DNA of 64,000 nt from Amoebophrya sp. A120. Taxonomy: Eukaryota > Protista > Dinoflagellata. Below are positions 1-12,451 of this stretch, piece by piece; the first letter of the stretch is position 1; every line of letters begins with the position of its first letter. The DNA is taken from contig CAJINV010000005.1 of the NCBI GenBank assembly GCA_905178155.1, positions 3,651,253 to 3,715,252 on the forward strand. Direction: 5' to 3'. The position numbers and the translations under genes are program-made. The notes beneath the pieces are model-generated. The model had not been told where the DNA came from. It was given only the letters and a program-made list of their open reading frames with translations, and made no database searches.

Positions 1-1265
1 CCCTTCGCTTTCGGGACCTTCTGTCAACGCTGGCGGGGACGCTCCTGCTCTGCCACTTGTCAAATCGCCAGGTTCGACATGCGTCATTTCGGTGAACGAC
101 GAGCTGCCTCTGCGTTTTGCTGCTGACTGGCTGCTGCAATGCTGGTCGTACTCGGGGAAGTCGAGTTTCTTGTCCTGGTTCAGGTCCGCGGACAGCGGGC
201 AAGTGCCGAATTCTGCCCCTTCGAGGACGCCATTGCCATCCGTGTCCAAGGAGCTGAAGTATGCAATAGAAACATGGTGGTGCCGCTACCTGCTCCAGGT
301 TGTCATGCGAGACATACAATAGTGGTTCATCGAAAGCGAAAGGAAACCAGAGTTGTGCAGCTGCAAGTGGTGGAATATCGAATGACTCTGTTGCTCATCA
401 AGCGTCCCTTCGCACGACAAATTTTTTGTATCTGTGTGGAGTGGGTGGGAGCGGGACCATGATTGCAGTACATAGAAAGCGCGCGGCGTTCAAAACCGTC
501 ATTGGCTTGACATTGTAGTACAGTGCGAGGTCGAGTACGAGCGTTTTAAAATGCTGCTGGGAAGCAGTTTATGCATTGCCAAGCAACAAGACGAATCAAT
601 GTATCCTAGGCAGGGCTACTGGCTAAAACCGCATGACAAATTTTGCCAAGTCGAAAAGCGCTTTGCGATTGCGAAGCTGACTCAGCATCAAATGTTGACT
701 CAGCTTCGCAAAGCGCCTTGTCTTCGTCATGCAATCCTGCAATTGGTACGAGCACGATACTTGTTGCTTTGCACTGCATACCCGTGCGATCTTCTCCGCC
801 TCCTTTACCTGGTGGAGACGGCTCTTGGCGGAAGTGAACAATTTCTGCAAACGAGCCATGGCAGAGGTTTCCGAGAACGCAGACGGCGGGGAGGTTTTCC
901 CTGCGGCTGCCGCTGGTGTACCTGAGTAGGTTGATGGTTTGCGTGCTGCTTGATCTTTTTATGGTGGAAAACGGATCTTCGATATCAAAATCCAGGTGAC
1001 ATCAAAATTCGCATGTGGTAGGTGCGACTTGCTGCAAAAGCAAAACCAGAAGAAACCTTTTTTGTTTTTGCAAAATTCAAGACCAGCAGGGTAAAGTTGA
1101 AGTACGTTCTTTTTCGGCCTTCACCGCCCCGCCCTCGACAAAGGGATCCAGAGACGGGGGCTCCGCATTGTACATTTCCGCATCATTTTCGATCGCCACA
1201 GACTGCTGGACGGCGTCGACGATCCCAACAAGCAGCGGAGAAAAGATGATGAGCGGCCGCATCAT
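1..1265 (-). CDS. Secreted EF-hand-pair protein, copy 1 (multi-exon, 3' end runs off the window)
   Basis: Signal-peptide-like MMRPLIIFSPLLVGIVDA. One GT-AG intron and two TAT...ATA introns (570-780, 260-474). Spliced product reads ...ARFSSLDTDGNGVLEGAEF...DLNQDKKLDFPEY, two EF-hand loops. Confidence 0.7.
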
Positions 1266-1969
1266 GATGCTGGTCATCTTGTTGAAGCAATGGGGCTGCT
1301 TGCGAGGTAAACCTGCTGGCGCTGGACCTAAGGCGTTATTACGTAGTTTAGAGGTATCGTCATCGCGTAGAAGTGAATCAAATAAAGTCGTATTATCACT
1401 TGAAATCGACATCGAGTACGATAACGATGAGACTCATTTTTCACTGTCTTACACCGAAAGGAAAAATGGGCAACAGCACTTCACGCAGCTGATGACACCC
1501 ATCTCTTGTTCCCGCACTCACCTTATCAACACAGACAAGTCACTCACACAACATCTTCTAACGGAGTCTCGCCTTTCAGCTTTAGTGATTGAGTATTTGT
1601 GCGCGAAACACATGCTCCACGCTTCCGTCGCTCTCCAAGACACAAATCGTGTTGCTCGGGATCTCTGCAGCTGGCTTTTCTGCATCTAAGACTATGCACA
1701 CACATCGAAACGAACTTCACTCACAAGTCTCATTTCCCGGCGGAATGACATCGCCGAAAACAGATTCGAAGCGACGAAGAACGCAAGAAATGATCTTGAT
1801 TTGTCGTTTAAGCATGTCGACATTGTGCTGCGTCTTGTCATCGAGCAAAAATGCTCACCACACGAAACCGTAGGTGTCGCGCGAACTACTTTCAACACCC
1901 TCGTGAGGAGTCTTTCTTGGCGGCACATAGTTTTCTTTCAGCGACTACACTTCTAAAAATTCTCAAATT

Positions 1970-2300
1970 CTACTCTACAAGCTCCTCCACAGCGGGAGCA
2001 TCTAAAACCGCTTCCGGCGACGGTGCATCATCTACATCTGCTTCTGCATGTTGAGGAGTGCTATTCATATTCTGGAGTTTCATAGTCTTCCGGTCTCTCA
2101 TGTCGGAAGCGGGACTGTGCTTCCGGTCTGATGTGGCACCATCATCATCTTGAGAGAGTGGACTCTCTTCTATTTTTACTCGTCCTGCACCTGCTTGTCG
2201 TTCATACTCCTCCGCATGCTGGTAGAAGTCCTTCGTGATAGACGTCAAACCAAACGCCCTCCTCATATCCTCGACCACCATAGGGTAAATGGTTTCCTTC
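1970..2300 (-). pseudogene. Duplicated 3' tail of the lipase gene (also 5698-6005 and 8824-9148)
   Basis: KETIYPMVVEDMRRAFGLTSI...AVEELVE matches the lipase last exon at 12452-12785 but lacks the catalytic part. Confidence 0.85.
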
Positions 2301-2301
2301 C

Positions 2302-2451
2302 TCATATCCTCCACTCGCGGCCGTACACCTCAACACCGATGTGGTAGGCCCCAATAGTTTCCGTGGTTAGCTTACCAATCAGGTCGTTGAACTGTTTCAC
2401 CTCTTTGCGGTTGGTAACATGGTAGATGTGCAGAAAAACGTCGCCGAGCAT
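2302..2451 (-). pseudogene. N-terminal fragment of a PPPDE/DeSI peptidase fused to the lipase tail
   Basis: MLGDVFLHIYHVTNRKEVKQFNDLIGKLTTETIGAYHIGVEVYGREW then RI-stop. GAYHxGVEVYGREW is the PPPDE His motif; the Cys motif is absent. Confidence 0.8.
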
Positions 2452-3523
2452 CTTGATCTTCTAAAAATTCATCATATGATGCGAAGCAAAATGATATAAC
2501 AAGGTAAATCGAAAAAATCCTCCTTTTTGCATCATCAAAGACAGTGACAAAAAGCGAGACAATTATTCGCGCTTGAAAACACCGGCATGGTCGGGCGAGC
2601 GGTAAACTAAAACCGTACAAATCTTTAAAATCAAAGACCGAAAAAATGTTCTTCTTCATGATCACGTTGATGCTCTTGTGGTAAGTATGTAACTAAGTAC
2701 CTCCCTCTGGCCATCCTATAAACAGCGTACAACGTCGGATCAACAAAATTATTGGCAGCTTTTCAAGCTCCGGAACCTTTTTGCTTTTACGTCGACCTAT
2801 TTCTTCACACTTGAATGTAATTTGTACCTGCGCTTATCATACAGGCACGATGATAATCTTGCGACTGCGAGGAAACGGGTCTTCCTGTCGCAACAAAAAC
2901 TTCTGACGACGAAAACACAGAATCGAATCGACAACCAAGAGCGCGGCACGACGAGGAGAGAGTCGGACTCTAAGAACTGCGTACTGTCGCTGTGCTGTGT
3001 CCGTGTCACTTCCCCGCGCCATGAACAATACAGCACGAAGTTGTCACAGCTTTCGCGATAAGTTTTTTTTTGATGGTTTGTTTTTTTTTCCCCGCTGTTG
3101 TTCTTTTTTCTCGGCTACACTATCAGCTCCTCCACATTGGGAGCATCTACCGCTTATCCGGTAGTTGCACCTAGTCACTCGTACATTCGAAATCATTTTT
3201 TTTGAAATGAAACATTCGAAATCATTTTTTTCTCTCGTATGCATTTAAGTACATACTCGTTCCAAAGCGAACAGTTTTTGCAGCCATGCCTGAACTACCA
3301 GAACCGGTCAATGGAGTCCTTCTAACTTCCGTCCCGCAGGAGCCGGGCCCTCTTTGCAGCGATAGACTCCTCCTCTTGAAATGGGATCCCCGTTGCCCCC
3401 TGCGACTGAGACGCAGCGGCCGACGGGCCTCGCCAGGCGGGGGGGGCATCTGCTGCACTTGGAACGTCGCTGGTCGGTTGCGAAGGAGCGTTGCTTTGAT
3501 GTCGTGACGTAGAAAAAATGTAG

Positions 3524-4991
3524 CTATGGTCTGGCTATCGTCAAAGTGATGAGAAAGAGGACAGCAGCACTTTTGGCGAGATGATGTGGCCAACAGGAGC
3601 GTATCAGCAAAATGAAAAATTCTGGATGTGCGTACCTTCGTCCCCTTCGGCTGCGTGCAATTAGCATTTCCGGCTCTTGGAAAGCGCTTGCCCCATCGCA
3701 GCAGCTCGACAACCACCAAGGCCAACAAGATGAACTCATCTGGAGAAATGCCATTTCTGTGGGGTTCTTTTCCGGGGCTGCGGTTCCCGGACCAGCAGGT
3801 AGATTTACTCCGCCAATTTTCGAAACACCGTCACCGTCGCCCGCCTGCTCTTGCTGACTGCTGCAATGCAGGTTGTACTCGGGGAAGTCCAATTTCTTAT
3901 CCTCATTCAGGTCCGCGGACAGCGGGCACGTGCAGAGTTCCGCGCCTTCGAGGACGTCGTTGCCGTCCGTGTCCAAGGAGCTGAAGTATGCAATAGAAAC
4001 ATGGTGGTGCCGCTACCTGCTCCAGCTTGTCATGCGAGACATTATACAAGAGTTGTTCTGGTTCATCGAAAGCGAAAGGAAACCAGAGTTGTGCTGCAAG
4101 TGGTGGAACATCGAATGACAATGTTGCTCATCAAGTGTCGTTGGTGTTGCTTTGCACGACAAATTTGTATGTATGTGGAGTGGGTGGGAGCGGGACCATG
4201 ATTGCAGCACATAGAAAGCGCGCGGCGTTCAAAACCGTCATCGGCTTGACGTCGTAGTTCAGTGCGAGGTCGAGTACGAGCGTTTTGAAATGCTGCTGGG
4301 AAGCGGTTTATGCATTTCCAAGCAACAAGACGAATGTAACTTAGGCAGGGCTACTGGTTAAAACCTCATGACAAATTTTGCCAAGTCGAAAAGCGCTTTG
4401 CGATTGCGAAGTTGAGTCAGCATTAAATGCTTACTCAGCTTCGCAAAGCACTTTGTCTTCGTCATGCAATCCTGCAATTGGTACGAGCACGATGCTTGTT
4501 GCTTTGCACTGCATACGCTTGCGATCTTCTGCGCCTCCTTCACCTGGTTGACACGGCTCTTGGCGGAAGTGAACAATTTCTGCAAACGAGCCATGGCGGA
4601 GGTTTGCGAGAACGCAGACGGCGGGGAAGTTTTCCCTGCGGCTGCCGCTGGTGTACCTAGGTCGAAGATGGTTTACGTGCTTGGTCTTATATCTTGTTGT
4701 GCAAGCATAATCACGAAGCGAAATCTTGAAAAAAGCTTAAACTTATGAATGTCGGTGAAGTTCTTTCAGCTCGTATTTGTAAACTTTTGAGGATTCGACT
4801 GGCAAAATTCAAAAAGAACAGAGAAGTATCTATCAAGTACGTTCTTTTTCGGCCTTCGTCCACCCCCCGACAAAGGTATCCAAGGGCTCCGCACTGTACA
4901 TTTCCGCGTCGTTTTCGATCGCCACAGACTGCTGCACGGCGTCGACGACCCCAACAAGCAGCAGAGACGAGATGATGTGCGGCCGCATCAT
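3524..4991 (-). CDS. Secreted EF-hand-pair protein, copy 2 (different C-terminus)
   Basis: Same exon layout as copy 1. DTDGNDVLEGAE and DLNEDKKLDFPE loops. 3' end taken from ORF 3524..3976 and uncertain. Confidence 0.65.
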
Positions 4992-6594
4992 GGCGCTCAT
5001 CTTGTTGACGCAATGGGGCTGCTTGCAAAGTAATAAGTCTGGTGGTGGTGGACTTTAGGCGTTTATTTCGTAGTTTAGAGGCGTCGTCATGACGTAGAAA
5101 TGAATTGAGTAAAGTTGCATTATGACAACTTGCAATCGACATCGAGTACCATAACAATCAAACTCATTTTTCACTGTCTTACACCGGAGGGAAAAATGGG
5201 CAACACTTCACGCAGCTGATGACACCGCTCTCTTGTTCCCAAACTCCCCTTATCAGCACAGACAAGTCACTCACACAACACCTTCTAACGGAGTGTCGTC
5301 TTTCAGCTTTAATGATTGAGTATTTGTGCGCGAAACACAGGCTCCACGCTTCCGTCGCTCTCCAAGACACAAATCGTGTTGCTCAGGATCTCTGGTGCTG
5401 GCTTTTCTGCATCTAAGACTATGCACACACATCGAAACGAGCTTCACTCACAAGTCTCATTTCCCGGCGGAATGACATCGCCGAAAACAGATTCGAAGCG
5501 ACCAAGAACGCAAGAGTTGATCTTGATTTGTCGTTTAAGCATGTCGACATTGTGCTGCGTCTTGTCATCGAGCAAAAATGTTCACCACACGAAACCGTAG
5601 GTGTTGCGCAAACTGCTTTCGACAACTTCGTGCGGAGTCTTTCTTGGCGGCACGTAGTTTTTTTTCACCGACTACACTCCTAAAAAATCCTCAACTTTTA
5701 TTCTATAAGCTCCTCCACAGAGGGAACATCTAAAACAGCTTCCGGCGACGGTGCATCGTCTACATCTGCATGTTGAGGAGTGCTATTCATATTCTGGAGT
5801 TTCATAGTTTTCCGGTCTCTCATGTCGGAAGCGGGAGTGTGCTTCCGGTCTGATGTGGCACCATCATCATCTTGAGAGAGTGGACTCTCTTCTATTTTTA
5901 CTCGTCCTGCACGTGCATGTCGTTCATAGTCCTCCGCATGCTGGTAGCCCTTCGTGATAGACGTCAAACCAAACGCCCTCCTCATATCCTCGACCACCAT
6001 CGGGTAATTCTGGTTGCGGTTGTCCTACACCAGGATCCGGGGACTCTGATTGTGGTTGTCCTACATGTTCGTCCCAGCCAGGTCCTCCCGCTGCAAAATG
6101 GTATCGCGATCAGAGGCTAATCAGGCCCCAAGTGTTCGTGCGCCGCGCCTGGTCCGCCTGTTTTCTTCTTTTCTCCTCCCTGTGATGTCAGAAGTACAAC
6201 AAACAGCAGTGATGATAAGGGAGATAATGTCTCGAACGAGAGGTGGCCTGTAATTACGTTATTTGTCCTGCGCTGGCGCTGGTCCCGCTTGCAAATAAAT
6301 TCGTCTTCGTGCTCCTGCACGTGCACGAGCAGCGATGCATACACATGACCGATGATATTCATATTAACTACTGGCTCGCTAAGCCCTGCTCGTTTCGCGC
6401 AGATTTCTCCATCTCCTCCGAGACGCAGAAAAATAAACTGCACTGCAAAAGCATAACGTTAGAAGTTAGTGGTCTAATAAACACGATGAAGAACCTGAAG
6501 TGAACGGCTACCTACGAAGAAATATAATATATGTGCAGCAAACTATGTATAGTTCGGAATCCAAAAAAAGTACTCCTTTTTTTGCTCTGGGTTA

Positions 6595-8228
6595 CTAGCT
6601 TTCAAAATCGCCTCGTACTCCTGCCTTCCTGGGAGGACGACGAACTCCTCGGCGCCAGGGTCGGGGCCGGGCCTGATGAAGATGGTGATCGTGATGTTTC
6701 TTATTCTTGTCATCGTAACGAAGACTCCTGACATCTAGCAGTTGCTTCGAAAGCGATGAATCGTCGCAATAAGTTGACTCTATCTCGGTCTTGGCACTAA
6801 TATGTGCAGGAGCATAGAGGAAGCCAGAGCAAGCTTCTATCGTGTACCTGCTTGCAGACCGCGGCGCTTCGCTGCTGCTACAACAAAACGACGACCGCGA
6901 CTCGCTCCCCCTGCTCTTCTCCAGAAAGGCCGCCTCGTCAAGAACATCCGTGGCTTCCACTTCTGTCACCGGTGTCGGGGACGCTCCTGCTCTGCCACTT
7001 GTCATATCGCCAGCTTCGACATGCGTTATTTCGGTAAACGACGAGCTGCTGGCAGAGGCGGCACTGTCTGCGTTCTGTTGCTGACTGCTGCAATGCTGGT
7101 CGTACTCGGGGAAGTCCAATTTCTTGTCCTCATTCAGATCCGCGGACAGCGGGCACGTGCCGAATTCTGCCCCTTCGAGGACGTCATTGCCGTCCGTGTC
7201 CAAAGAGCTGAAGTATGCAATAGAAACATTTTTGTGCCGCTACCTGCTCCATCTTGTCATGCGAGACATTCTTTCAATAGTGGTTCATCGAAACCAGCAA
7301 AGTTGTGCAGCTGCAAGTGGTGGAATATCGAATAACTCTGTTGCTCATCAAGTGTCGTTGGTGTTTCTTTATTGCACGACAAGTTTGTATGTATGTGGAG
7401 TGGGTGGGAGCGGGACCACAATTGCAGCACATAGAAACCGCGCGGCGTATAAAACGGTCATCGGCCTGACGTTGTAGTCCAGTGCGAGGTCGAGTACGAG
7501 CGTTTTGAAATGCTGCTGGGAAGCGGTTTATGCATTGCCAAGCAACAAGACGAATGTAACTTAGGCAGGGCTACTGGTTAAAACCGCATGACAAATTTTG
7601 CCAACTCGACAAGGAAAAGCGCTTTGCGAAGCTGAGTCAGCATTAAATGCTGACTCAGCTTCGCAAAACATTTTGTCTTGTTCGTCATGCATTCCTGCAA
7701 TAGTTGGTACGAGAACGAGCACGATACTTGTTGTTTTGCACTGCATACGCTTGCGATCTTCTGCGCCTCCTTTACCTGGTGGACGCGACTCTTGGCTGAA
7801 GTGAACAATTTCTGCAGACGAGCCATGGCGGAGGTTTCCGTGAACGCAGACGGCCGGGAGGTTTTCCCTGAGGCTGCCGCTGGTGTACCTAGGTAGGTTG
7901 ATGGTTTGTGTGCGGCTCGATCTCGTTATGGTGGAAAACGGATCTTCGATATCAAATCCAGGTGACATCAAAATTCCTATGTGGTAGGTGGGACTCGCAA
8001 AAGCCAAACCAGAAGGAACTTTTTTTGTTTTTGCAAAATTCAAGACCAGCAGGGTAAAGTCGAAGTACGTTCTTTTTCGGCGTTCACCGCCCCGCCCTCG
8101 AAAAAGGGATCCGAGGGCGAGGGCTCCGCACTGTACATTTCCGCGTCGTTTTCGATCGCCACAGACTGCTGCACGGCGTCGACGACCCCAGCAAGCAGCA
8201 GAGAAAAGATGATGAGCGGCCGCATCAT
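6595..8228 (-). CDS. Secreted EF-hand-pair protein, copy 3
   Basis: MMRPLIIFSLLLAGVVDA signal, same introns, last exon in ORF 6595..7203. Confidence 0.65.
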
Positions 8229-9149
8229 GCTGCTCATCTTGTCGACACAATGGGGCTGCTTGCAAAGAACAGGCCTGCTGGTGGACTTTAGGCGTTTATT
8301 TCGTAGTTTAGAAACATCGTCATGACGGAGAAATGAATTGAATAAAGTTGCATTATCACAACTTGCAATCGACATCGAGTACGATAACAACCAAACTCAT
8401 TTTTCACTGTCTTACACCGGAGGGAAAAATGGGACACACTTCACGCAGGTGATGACACCGCTCTCTTGTTCCCAAACTCCCCTATATCAACACAGACAAG
8501 TCACTCACACAACACCTTCTAACAGACGCTCGTCTATCTTCCAGCTTTAGTGATTGAGTATTTGTGCGCGAAACACAAGTGTCATTTCCCGGCGGAATGA
8601 CATCGCCGAAAACGAATTCGAATCGACGAAGAACGCAAGAAATGATCTTGATTTGTCGTTTGAGCATGTCGACATTGTGCTGCGTCTTGTCATCGAGCAA
8701 AAATGTTCACCACACGAAACCGTAGGTGTTGCGCAAACTGCTTTCAACAACTTCGTGCGGAGTCTTTCTTGGCGGCACGTAGTTTTTTTTCACCGACTAC
8801 ACTCCTAAAAAATTCCTCAACTTTTACTCTACAAGCTCCTCCACAGCGGGAGCATCTAAAACAGCTTCCGGCGACGGTGCATCATCTACATCTGCATGGT
8901 GAGGAGTGCTATTCATATTCTGGAGTTTCATAGTTTCCCGGTCTCTCATGTCGGAAGCGGGACTGTGCTTCCGGTCTGATGTGGCACCATCATCATCTTG
9001 AGAGAGTGGACTCTCTTCTATTTTTACTCGTCCTGCACCTGCTTGTCGTTCATACTCCTCCGCATGCTGGTAGAAGTCCTTCGTGATAGACGTCAAACCA
9101 AACGCCCTCCTCATATCCTCGACCACCATAGGGTAAATGGTTTCCTTCC

Positions 9150-9299
9150 TCATATCCTCCACTCGCGGCCGTACACCTCAACACCGATGTGGTAGGCCCC
9201 AATAGTTTCCGTGGTTAGCTTACCAATCAGGTCGTTGAACTGTTTCACCTCTTTGCGGTTGGTAACATGGTAGATGTGCAGAAAAACGTCGCCGAGCAT
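9150..9299 (-). pseudogene. Second copy of the PPPDE N-terminal fragment
   Basis: Same sequence as 2302-2451 at offset +6848. Confidence 0.8.
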
Positions 9300-10371
9300 C
9301 TTGATCTTCTAAAAATTCATCATATGATGCGAAGCAAAATGATATAACAAGGTAAATCGAAAAAATCCTCCTTTTTGCATCATCAAAGACAGTGACAAAA
9401 AGCGAGACAATTATTCGCGCTTGAAAACACCGGCATGGTCGGGCGAGCGGTAAACTAAAACCGTACAAATCTTTAAAATCAAAGACCGAAAAAATGTTCT
9501 TCTTCATGATCACGTTGATGCTCTTGTGGTAAGTATGTAACTAAGTACCTCCCTCTGGCCATCCTATAAACAGCGTACAACGTCGGATCAACAAAATTAT
9601 TGGCAGCTTTTCAAGCTCCGGAACCTTTTTGCTTTTACGTCGACCTATTTCTTCACACTTGAATGTAATTTGTACCTGCGCTTATCATACAGGCACGATG
9701 ATAATCTTGCGACTGCGAGGAAACGGGTCTTCCTGTCGCAACAAAAACTTCTGACGACGAAAACACAGAATCGAATCGACAACCAAGAGCGCGGCACGAC
9801 GAGGAGAGAGTCGGACTCTAAGAACTGCGTACTGTCGCTGTGCTGTGTCCGTGTCACTTCCCCGCGCCATGAACAATACAGCACGAAGTTGTCACAGCTT
9901 TCGCGATAAGTTTTTTTTTGATGGTTTGTTTTTTTTTCCCCGCTGTTGTTCTTTTTTCTCGGCTACACTATCAGCTCCTCCACATTGGGAGCATCTACCG
10001 CTTATCCGGTAGTTGCACCTAGTCACTCGTACATTCGAAATCATTTTTTTTGAAATGAAACATTCGAAATCATTTTTTTCTCTCGTATGCATTTAAGTAC
10101 ATACTCGTTCCAAAGCGAACAGTTTTTGCAGCCATGCCTGAACTACCAGAACCGGTCAATGGAGTCCTTCTAACTTCCGTCCCGCAGGAGCCGGGCCCTC
10201 TTTGCAGCGATAGACTCCTCCTCTTGAAATGGGATCCCCGTTGCCCCCTGCGACTGAGACGCAGCGGCCGACGGGCCTCGCCAGGCGGGGGGGGCATCTG
10301 CTGCACTTGGAACGTCGCTGGTCGGTTGCGAAGGAGCGTTGCTTTGATGTCGTGACGTAGAAAAAATGTAG

Positions 10372-11856
10372 CTATGGTCTGGCTATCGTCAAAGTGATGA
10401 GAAAGAGGACAGCAGCACTTTTGGCGAGATGATGTGGCCAACAGGAGCGTATCAGCAAAATGAAAAATTCTGGATGTGCGTACCTTCGTCCCCTTCGGCT
10501 GCGTGCAATTAGCATTTCCGGCTCTTGGAAAGCGCTTGCCCCATCGCAGCAGCTCGACAACCACCAAGGCCAACAAGATGAACTCATCTGGAGAAATGCC
10601 ATTTCTGTGGGGTTCTTTTCCGGGGCTGCGGTTCCCGGACCAGCAGGTAGATTTACTCCGCCAATTTTCGAAACACCGTCACCGTCGCCCGCCTGCTCTT
10701 GCTGACTGCTGCAATGCAGGTTGTACTCGGGGAAGTCCAATTTCTTATCCTCATTCAGGTCCGCGGACAGCGGGCACGTGCAGAGTTCCGCGCCTTCGAG
10801 GACGTCGTTGCCGTCCGTGTCCAAGGAGCTGAAGTATGCAATAGAAACATGGTGGTGCCGCTACCTGCTCCAGCTTGTCATGCGAGACATTATACAAGAG
10901 TTGTTCTGGTTCATCGAAAGCGAAAGGAAACCAGAGTTGTGCTGCAAGTGGTGGAACATCGAATGACAATGTTGCTCATCAAGTGTCGTTGGTGTTGCTT
11001 TGCACGACAAATTTGTATGTATGTGGAGTGGGTGGGAGCGGGACCATGATTGCAGCACATAGAAAGCGCGCGGCGTTCAAAACCGTCATCGGCTTGACGT
11101 TGTAGTCCAGTGCGAGGTCGAGTACGAGCGTTTTGAAATGCTGCTGGGAAGCGGTTTATGCATTGCCAAGCAACAAGACGAATGTAACTTAGGCAGGGCT
11201 ACTGGTTAAAACCGCATGACAAATTTTGCCAACTCGACAAGGAAAAGCGCTTTGCGAAGCTGAGTCAGCATTAAATGCTGACTCAGCTTCGCAAAACATT
11301 TTGTCTTGTTCGTCATGCATTCCTGCAATAGTTGGTACGAGAACGAGCACGATACTTGTTGTTTTGCACTGCATACGCTTGCGATCTTCTGCGCCTCCTT
11401 TACCTGGTGGACGCGACTCTTGGCTGAAGTGAACAATTTCTGCAGACGAGCCATGGCGGAGGTTTCCGTGAACGCAGACGGCCGGGAGGTTTTCCCTGAG
11501 GCTGCCGCTGGTGTACCTAGGTAGGTTGATGGTTTGTGTGCGGCTCGATCTCGTTATGGTGGAAAACGGATCTTCGATATCAAATCCAGGTGACATCAAA
11601 ATTCCTATGTGGTAGGTGGGACTCGCAAAAGCCAAACCAGAAGGAACTTTTTTTGTTTTTGCAAAATTCAAGACCAGCAGGGTAAAGTCGAAGTACGTTC
11701 TTTTTCGGCGTTCACCGCCCCGCCCTCGAAAAAGGGATCCGAGGGCGAGGGCTCCGCACTGTACATTTCCGCGTCGTTTTCGATCGCCACAGACTGCTGC
11801 ACGGCGTCGACGACCCCAGCAAGCAGCAGAGAAAAGATGATGAGCGGCCGCATCAT
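10372..11856 (-). CDS. Secreted EF-hand-pair protein, copy 4 (5' half from copy 3, 3' half from copy 2)
   Basis: Diagnostic bases switch from copy-2 type to copy-3 type at about 11095-11101. Confidence 0.65.
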
Positions 11857-12451
11857 GCTGCTCATCTTGTCGACACAATGGGGCTGCTTGCAAAGAACAG
11901 GCCTGCTGGTGGACTTTAGGCGTTTATTTCGTAGTTTAGAAACATCGTCATGACGGAGAAATGAATTGAATAAAGTTGCATTATCACAACTTGCAATCGA
12001 CATCGAGTACGATAACAACCAAACTCATTTTTCACTGTCTTACACCGGAGGGAAAAATGGGACACACTTCACGCAGGTGATGACACCGCTCTCTTGTTCC
12101 CAAACTCCCCTATATCAACACAGACAAGTCACTCACACAACACCTTCTAACAGACGCTCGTCTATCTTCCAGCTTTAGTGATTGAGTATTTGTGCGCGAA
12201 ACACAAGTGTCATTTCCCGGCGGAATGACATCGCCGAAAACGAATTCGAATCGACGAAGAACGCAAGAAATGATCTTGATTTGTCGTTTGAGCATGTCGA
12301 CATTGTGCTGCGTCTTGTCATCGAGCAAAAATGTTCACCACACGAAACCGTAGGTGTTGCGCAAACTGCTTTCAACAACTTCGTGCGGAGTCTTTCTTGG
12401 CGGCACGTAGTTTTTTTTCACCGACTACACTCCTAAAAAATTCCTCAACTT

